From the NCBI GenBank assembly GCA_031425655.1, contig JANPJS010000073.1, positions 1 through 64,000 of the forward strand: a stretch of 64,000 bases of DNA, read 5' to 3'. Of the stretch, positions 58,007 through 64,000 are shown piece after piece (position 1 is the stretch's first letter; every line of letters begins with the position of its first letter). The notes below the pieces were generated by a model that did not search any database, was not told the origin of the DNA, and saw only the letters and a program-made list of their open reading frames with translations. The DNA comes from Abditibacteriaceae bacterium. GTDB lineage: Bacteria; Armatimonadota; Abditibacteriia; Abditibacteriales; Abditibacteriaceae. The translations under genes were made by a program, and so were the position numbers.

Positions 58007-59191
58007 TCAACCTGATTCCAAAAGCTGTTTCACATAATCTGCCTGCTCGGTTTCGCGGTTGGCATCGAGCCATTCTTGCAGCAAAGCGCGCGATTCATCG
58101 GCTAAAACGCCGCCGACGAAGCGTGGAAACAGGCTTTCGGGCGAACGCGGCGCCGAAACGCGATGCGTGGCGCCGTCGAAAGGCGCTTCGAGGCCGAAAA
58201 TGACCGTATCCACGCCCGAAAGCATCAGCGCGCCGCCGCACATCACGCACGGCTCTAAAGTCGCGGCGACGATTAAATCTTTGGCTTGCGGGTCAATTTT
58301 GCCGTCGCCGGCCTCGAAAGCCATCATTTCGGCGTGCGCGGTTTTGCGCTGCGTAGCGTTCATCTGATTGCTGGCCGTGGCAAGAATTTTTCCGCTGCCG
58401 TCGGCGATTGCGGCGCCGATGGGCACCTCGCCACGCGCCATGCCTTCGCGCGCCGCGTCCAACGCCGCGCGCATGATGCGTTCGAGTTCGGCTCGCGATA
58501 GCGAAAATTTAATCGGCGAAGCCAGTTGCAAAGCGTTGTCGAGATCGGCTAAAAGCGCGGCGCAATTTTCGTAAACCGCGCGGCAGCCGGCCTCGCGCAA
58601 ATCGGCCTCGGCGTGGCCTCCGGATAAGACGCCCAAACACGCCACGCCCGCCGCGCGGCAAGCACGGGCATCATGCGGCGTGTCGCCCACAAAAGCGCAT
58701 TGCGCGGGCGATAAACCCAGTTTTTCCAGTGCGACATTGAGAATATCCGGCGCCGGTTTGCTGTTTTCGGCATCGGCAGCGGTCGTCACGACTTCAAATT
58801 CGTCGCGCCACGCCACGCCACAGCTTTTCTCGATAGCTTCCAACATCTCCGGCTTAGCCGAAGTCGCTAAAGCCAAACGCAGGCCGCGTTTTTTCAGTTC
58901 GCCGAGCAGTTCGCAGGCACCGGGCACTATGTCAACGGGACTTTGCGTGATGGTCTGAATAAAGCGTTTAGCCTGGTCTTTACGCAAGGCTTCTCCGTCT
59001 TTTTCGTCGCCGCTGACGCCGATTAAATCGGGCACCAACTGGTCGCCGCCTTTGCCGACTTCGGGCGCGATGCGGTCGGCGGGAATGCCGTAGCCGCGCG
59101 CTTTAAATGCCTGCGCGAAACTCTCGGCGTGCATTGGGTTGGTGTCCACCAGAGTGCCGTCCATATCGAATAAAATCGCTTCTAAGGTCAT
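58007..59191 (-). CDS. HAD phosphatase fused to a Zn-dependent nucleoside deaminase domain
   Basis: FDMDGTL, KPAPD, VGDT; then EVPIGA, HAE, LEPCVMC. Confidence 0.88.
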   Translation of the reverse strand: MTLEAILFDMDGTLVDTNPMHAESFAQAFKARGYGIPADRIAPEVGKGGDQLVPDLIGVSGDEKDGEALRKDQAKRFIQTITQSPVDIVPGACELLGELKKRGLRLALATSAKPEMLEAIEKSCGVAWRDEFEVVTTAADAENSKPAPDILNVALEKLGLSPAQCAFVGDTPHDARACRAAGVACLGVLSGGHAEADLREAGCRAVYENCAALLADLDNALQLASPIKFSLSRAELERIMRAALDAAREGMARGEVPIGAAIADGSGKILATASNQMNATQRKTAHAEMMAFEAGDGKIDPQAKDLIVAATLEPCVMCGGALMLSGVDTVIFGLEAPFDGATHRVSAPRSPESLFPRFVGGVLADESRALLQEWLDANRETEQADYVKQLLESG

Positions 59192-59284
59192 GGTTCGCGC
59201 GAATCGGCAAGTCGCCCGCCGAATTATTCACTATCTGTGCGCCTCAAGCGCGGGCGGTTGGATAAAATAAAAGGACGAACCGCC

Positions 59285-59887
59285 ATGAAATCGAACCCGC
59301 GCTTCCTTCGCCGCCTGAAAACTTGCTGCTGCCTTGCGTTTCTGCTTGTTGGCGCGCTGCATCACTCGGCTTCTGCCCGCGAAAGTGCAACCTACGCGCT
59401 GAAAATTACTCACTCTGGGACAGGCCGGGAAAGGCTCAATACTCTTTGGCTTTACAACACCAAAACGCGAAAGACAGTCTGGAAGCGGAAGTTCAAGGCT
59501 AATGTCGGGGATGTAGAATGGTCGAAGGATAAACGCGCGGTTGCAATTAATGTGCATGGGGGAAAGATTTTGGTATGGCGCTTAGGCTATAAAACCCGTT
59601 TTTTCGATGCGCCACCAGATGAGGATTACATAATGGGTTTTCACTGGTCCCCCGACAAGCGGCGTCTCTTGATACGCTGTGGAGGCAGCGGCGATGATAT
59701 GACGCCAAACTGTAATCTTTATTGCCTGAATATTCAAAAACGGCGACTTCATTTTATTCATGGGGCAAGCGAAGAATCCTGGGCGAGCAACCGCAAGGTT
59801 CTTTATAAGGATAAGACTTCTGGTTATGACTCTAAAACCGGCCAATGGATTTATCCCAAAAAGTTTCGCGTTTGGCGTAGCCCCTAA
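59285..59887 (+). CDS. Hypothetical basic exported protein (WS-repeat, propeller-like)
   Basis: Signal peptide; WSKD, WSPD, WASN motifs; appears AT-richer than neighbours. Confidence 0.65.
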   Translation: MKSNPRFLRRLKTCCCLAFLLVGALHHSASARESATYALKITHSGTGRERLNTLWLYNTKTRKTVWKRKFKANVGDVEWSKDKRAVAINVHGGKILVWRLGYKTRFFDAPPDEDYIMGFHWSPDKRRLLIRCGGSGDDMTPNCNLYCLNIQKRRLHFIHGASEESWASNRKVLYKDKTSGYDSKTGQWIYPKKFRVWRSP

Positions 59888-59957
59888 ACTGTGCCTCAGA
59901 GCAGCAACCGAAACTTCGTCATTCGTCAATTGAAAATCGTCAATCCAAAGGGATAAT

Positions 59958-61043
59958 ATGAAAAAATGGAAGGTTGCAGGAATTAGCTTCGACCATATGC
60001 ACATGGGCGATTTGCTGCGGCAGGTCGGCGAGCATCCGAACGCCGAAATCGTCGGCATTTGCGATGACAATTCGGCCAACGCCGAAGGCTTCGCGCGCGT
60101 GAAGCAAAACTTCTCCATGCCCGATGATCGCGTTTTTAGCGATTATCAACAGTGTCTCGAAACCACGCAGCCGGACATCGTGATTTTGTGCCCGGCGACG
60201 GCACGGCACGGCGAATTCGTCGAGAAAGTCGCGCCGTTCGGCGTGAATGTGCTTGTCGAAAAGCCATTCGCCGCCACGTTACAAGAAGCTGATGCCATGA
60301 TCGCCGCGATGCAAAAAAGCGGCAAAACGATGGTGATTAACTGGCCTCTGGCGTGGTATCCGCCGCACGTTACGAGCAAGCGATTGATTGACGAAGGCGT
60401 TATCGGCGAAGTGATCGAAGTGCATTATTACGACGGCAATCGCGGCCCGATGCGCCACGTCGCCGACAAAATCGAAATCGGCGAAGACGAAGCGACACGC
60501 CGCAAAAACCAGAGTTGGTTTTACCAAAAGGACAAAGGCGGCGGCTCGCTGCTTGATTATCTGGGTTACGGCACTACGCTCGGAACGTGGTTTCACAGCG
60601 GCGCGGCGCCGCTCGAAGTGACCTGCATGGTAGATGAGCCGAGTGGGCTGGAAGTGGACGAACACTCGATCACAATCGCGCGCTATGCGAACGGTTTATC
60701 GAAATTCGAGACGCGCTGGGGCACTTTCACCGACCCGTGGACGCTTCAGCCGCAACCCAAATGCGGCTTTGTCATCGTCGGCACTGCGGGCACGATTAGC
60801 TCTTACGACTACGCATCAACGATTCTCGTGCAAACGCGCGCGAAGCCCGAAGGCGAAACGCTTCCCGTTGATACGCTCAAAACCGCGCTTTCAAATCCGA
60901 TTCACCATTTGATTGACGTGTTGGAAAACGGCACGCCGATTCACGGCCCGCTCGACCCAAAAATCTGCCGCATCGGCCAACAAATCGTGGATAGCGCCGT
61001 GCTTTCGGCGCGCGAAAAGCGCACGGTGCCATTGGTAGGCTGA
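59958..61043 (+). CDS. Gfo/Idh/MocA oxidoreductase
   Basis: VEKP, GGGSLLDY. Confidence 0.88.
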   Translation: MKKWKVAGISFDHMHMGDLLRQVGEHPNAEIVGICDDNSANAEGFARVKQNFSMPDDRVFSDYQQCLETTQPDIVILCPATARHGEFVEKVAPFGVNVLVEKPFAATLQEADAMIAAMQKSGKTMVINWPLAWYPPHVTSKRLIDEGVIGEVIEVHYYDGNRGPMRHVADKIEIGEDEATRRKNQSWFYQKDKGGGSLLDYLGYGTTLGTWFHSGAAPLEVTCMVDEPSGLEVDEHSITIARYANGLSKFETRWGTFTDPWTLQPQPKCGFVIVGTAGTISSYDYASTILVQTRAKPEGETLPVDTLKTALSNPIHHLIDVLENGTPIHGPLDPKICRIGQQIVDSAVLSAREKRTVPLVG

Positions 61044-61052
61044 CTTTAAATA

Positions 61053-61163
61053 GAACACGGCGGCTTCGCCGACACGGAAACAGCAAGGATTTTCACAGAT
61101 CAATCCAAATTAAAAATCCGTGTAAATCTGTGTCGTTTCCGTGTCGGCGAAGCCGCCGTGTTC
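61053..61163. repeat. REP-like inverted pair, family B
   Basis: gaacacggcggcttcgccgacacggaaac / gtttccgtgtcggcgaagccgccgtgttc. Confidence 0.9.
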
Positions 61164-61175
61164 CAATTGAAAATC

Positions 61176-62321
61176 ATGGCGAAAAAAGAAACCGATTACA
61201 GTCTCAGCAACGCTTCGCCGTCGCAGAAAATCGCGGCGCCGAAGCTCAATTATCTGCCGCCGATGCCGAAAGACTACCGGCCAAACATCGCTTTAATCGG
61301 CTGCGGCGGCATCACGAAAACGCATCTCACAGCCTATGCAAAAGCCGGTTTCAACGTCGTGGCGCTGTGCGATGTCAACCGCGAAAACGCCGAGCGGCGG
61401 CAAACAGAATTTTTCCCGGACGCCCAGATTTACACCGATCACAGCGAAGTTTTGAAGCGCGACGACATCGAAGTGCTGGACATCGCCACGCATCCGCCGG
61501 AGCGTGTGCCGTTGCTCAAAGACGCGCTCAACGCGCGCAAGCACGTTTTATCGCAAAAGCCGTTCGTGCTTGACCTCGATACCGGCGAAAAGTTGGCCGA
61601 TTTAGCCGATAAAAAAGGCGTGAAATTGGCGGTTAATCAAAATGGCCGCTGGTCGCCGCACTTTTCCTATATTCGCAGCGCCGTGCAGACCGGCACCGTC
61701 GGCGAATTGCTGTCGGCGCACGTTCGCGTTCACTGGGATCACACCTGGATTGCCGGCACGCCCTTCGAGCGGATTCACGACATTGTGTTTTATGATTTTG
61801 CGATTCACTGGTTCGATTTTGTGGCGACACTGCTTGGAAATCGCAAAGCCACGCGCGTTCACGCTTCCAAAACTCGCGCTTCTGGGCAAACCATGATGCC
61901 GCCGATGCTGGCGCAATCGCTGATTGAATTTGAAGGCGGGCAAGCCTCGCTGGTCTTCGACGCGCACTTGCCTTACGGCGCGACGGACACTACTTACGTC
62001 GGCGGCACGAAAGGCAGTATTCTTTCGACCGGGCCGAATTTGGGCGAGCAAAAACTGACGCTTTATCTCGAAAACGGCACGGCGCAGCCGAAATTGCAAG
62101 GCTCGTGGTTTCCCGGCGGCTTTATGGGCACGATGGGCGAGCTTTTGTGCGCCATCGAAGAAAACCGCGCGCCACAAAACAACGCGCGCGATAACCTGAA
62201 AAGCTTGGAATTGTGCTTCGCCGCGATTGCCGCCTCAACCGATGGCCAGCCGAAAACACCCGGCGCCGTTCGCAAACTGCCGAAAGGCGCCGTGCCAGCG
62301 CAAACGAAAGGCAGTCGGTGA
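61176..62321 (+). CDS. Gfo/Idh/MocA oxidoreductase
   Basis: IGCGGI, SQKP, DFAIHWFD. Confidence 0.88.
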   Translation: MAKKETDYSLSNASPSQKIAAPKLNYLPPMPKDYRPNIALIGCGGITKTHLTAYAKAGFNVVALCDVNRENAERRQTEFFPDAQIYTDHSEVLKRDDIEVLDIATHPPERVPLLKDALNARKHVLSQKPFVLDLDTGEKLADLADKKGVKLAVNQNGRWSPHFSYIRSAVQTGTVGELLSAHVRVHWDHTWIAGTPFERIHDIVFYDFAIHWFDFVATLLGNRKATRVHASKTRASGQTMMPPMLAQSLIEFEGGQASLVFDAHLPYGATDTTYVGGTKGSILSTGPNLGEQKLTLYLENGTAQPKLQGSWFPGGFMGTMGELLCAIEENRAPQNNARDNLKSLELCFAAIAASTDGQPKTPGAVRKLPKGAVPAQTKGSR

Positions 62322-62322
62322 A

Positions 62323-62479
62323 TTGGAACACGGGCTTCGCATCCTGCCCAGAGGGCGCCCGAAACGACACGGATAGACACGGTTTTTCTTTGCGCTGTTT
62401 CGGGAAAAGTGCGCTTCTTTGGCCCGTTTTTGAAACCGTGTTAATCCGTGTCGTTTCCGTGTGCGAAGCCCGTGTTCCA
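62323..62479. repeat. REP-like inverted pair, family B, with 19-nt micro-insert
   Basis: tggaacacgggcttcgca[19 nt]gaaacgacacgg / ccgtgtcgtttccgtgtgcgaagcccgtgttcca. Confidence 0.88.
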
Positions 62480-62487
62480 TTAAACGC

Positions 62488-63276
62488 ATGAATTTCACTA
62501 ACAAAACGCTTTTTATCGTCGGTTCGACGGGCATTGGTGGCGAAACGGCCAAGCTGGCGGCGCAGGCGGGCGCACGGGTTTTCATTTCGTCGCGCACTGA
62601 GGAAAATTGCCGCGCTCTGGCCGAAGAGATTAATTCATCGGGCGGCACGGCGGCCTTTTTTGCCGCCGACCAAACGCAGGCGATGCAAGTGGAAAGCGCA
62701 GTTGCGGCGTGTGTCGAAGCCTTTGGCGGCATGGACGCGGCTTTCAATGTAGCGGGCATTAGCGGGCGCAAATTCGGCGACGGGCCGCTGCACGAATGCA
62801 GCGAAGAAGGCTGGGATGTTACGCTCGATACCAATGCCAAAGGCTTGTTTTTGTTTTGCCGCGCGCAGCTTAATCAAATGCTGAAACAGCCGATTGGCGC
62901 CAATGGTTTGCGCGGCAATATTCTCAACATGGCGAGTATGCTGGCGCTTTCGCCGCAACGCGATTTCTTTGCTACGCACGCTTATGCGGCCAGCAAAGGC
63001 GCGATTATTTCGATGAGCCGCTCGATGGCGAGTTATTACGCGCCGCATAAAATCCGCGTCAACGTCATCGCGCCGAGCCTGATTCGCACGCCGATGAGCC
63101 TTCGCGCGCAGGAAAACCCCGCGATTTTGGAATTGATGAAAACCAAACAGCCGCTGGTCGAAGATTTAATTTCCGCCGAAGATGTGGCTCGCGCCGCGCT
63201 GTTTTTACTGAGCGACGAAGCGCGTGCCATCACCGGCGACGTTCTAAGCGTAGACGCCGGCTGGAGCGTGAGCTGA
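62488..63276 (+). CDS. SDR family oxidoreductase
   Basis: GSTGIG, NVAG, YAASK, RVNVIAP. Confidence 0.9.
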   Translation: MNFTNKTLFIVGSTGIGGETAKLAAQAGARVFISSRTEENCRALAEEINSSGGTAAFFAADQTQAMQVESAVAACVEAFGGMDAAFNVAGISGRKFGDGPLHECSEEGWDVTLDTNAKGLFLFCRAQLNQMLKQPIGANGLRGNILNMASMLALSPQRDFFATHAYAASKGAIISMSRSMASYYAPHKIRVNVIAPSLIRTPMSLRAQENPAILELMKTKQPLVEDLISAEDVARAALFLLSDEARAITGDVLSVDAGWSVS

Positions 63277-63282
63277 AATTTA

Positions 63283-63380
63283 TTCACCGCGGAGACGCTG
63301 AGAAAAACAGATTTTGAAAATGGCTTTTTTACGAAATTCTTTTAACATTTTTCTCGGCGTCTCCGCGTCTCGGCGGTGAA
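63283..63380. repeat. REP-like inverted pair, family A
   Basis: ttcaccgcggagacgc...gcgtctcggcggtgaa. Confidence 0.85.
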
Positions 63381-63394
63381 ATCGAAAGGGCAAC

Positions 63395-64000
63395 ATGAAA
63401 ATTGGATTTATTGGCGTGGGCGGCATCGCCGGCAATTATTTGGGCAGCTTGAAGAAGTTGGAGCAGCCCGTCGCGGCCTTTTGCGACTTAAACGCCGAAC
63501 GCGCGCAAAAAGCCGCGAGCGAAAATGGTGGCACGGCTTACACTGATCACAAAGAAATGCTGGCGCGGGAAAAGCCGGACATCGTGTTTATTTCGATTCC
63601 TCCGGGCGCGCACGACGGACAAGTCGCGGATGCGGCGCAATCGGGCGCGGCGGTCTTTGTCGCCAAGCCGGTCGGCCTCAATTTCGATGCGGTTTTGCGC
63701 ACGCGCGATGCCATTTCGCAGGCCGGCGTCATTAATCAAGGGGGCTACATGGCGCGCTATTCCGACATTACGCAGCGCGCGAAAGAACTGGCCGGCGACC
63801 AAAAATTGAGTCTCGGTTTTGGCCGATTTATGTGTCGAATGGGCAGCGGGCATCCGTGGTGGGGCAAAGGCGCCGTCAGCGGCGGGCAAATGCTGGAACA
63901 AAGCACGCACGTTTTCGATTGGCTGCGCTATTTTCTCGGCGACGTAGCCGAAGTTTCGGCCTACGGACACCAAGGCGCCGCCGATGATGTCGCTGATTTC
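63395..64000 (+). CDS. Gfo/Idh/MocA oxidoreductase, truncated by window end
   Basis: MKIGFIGVGGIA...VAKP...SGGQMLEQSTHVFD translated by hand. Confidence 0.85.
   Translation, partial: MKIGFIGVGGIAGNYLGSLKKLEQPVAAFCDLNAERAQKAASENGGTAYTDHKEMLAREKPDIVFISIPPGAHDGQVADAAQSGAAVFVAKPVGLNFDAVLRTRDAISQAGVINQGGYMARYSDITQRAKELAGDQKLSLGFGRFMCRMGSGHPWWGKGAVSGGQMLEQSTHVFDWLRYFLGDVAEVSAYGHQGAADDVADF

Overview
Gene-dense, GC-rich bacterial window; gene content and style suggest an Abditibacteriota/Armatimonadota-like organism (inference, not tested). Core blocks: recQ; a secreted GH16-PA14 glycosidase; nuoJKLMN only; MBL hydrolase-ruvA; yjbQ, a 32-aa basic ORF and tRNA-Pro(CGG); cation/H+ antiporter, MNT-HEPN toxin-antitoxin pair and murJ; sufBCDSET; an rpoN/kinase/enhancer-binding-protein/receiver cluster; a ctaA-ctaB fusion, a full alternative complex III operon and a caa3 (type A2) oxidase; and a run of oxidoreductases. 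Many intergenic gaps carry palindromic repeats from several families, although no transposase lies in the window. Most notable: (1) a ~19-nt hairpin micro-module that overwrites 4-6 nt inside arms of unrelated REP families; (2) nested TIR-bounded elements with variable-length TA...TA target duplications; (3) a two-gene JAB-like cassette inserted at sufT, leaving a diverged duplicate of the sufT 3' end; (4) a sigma-54 module with a Zn-ribbon RpoN and an activator lacking its DNA-binding HTH. All calls come from motif reading by eye; no searches were run.
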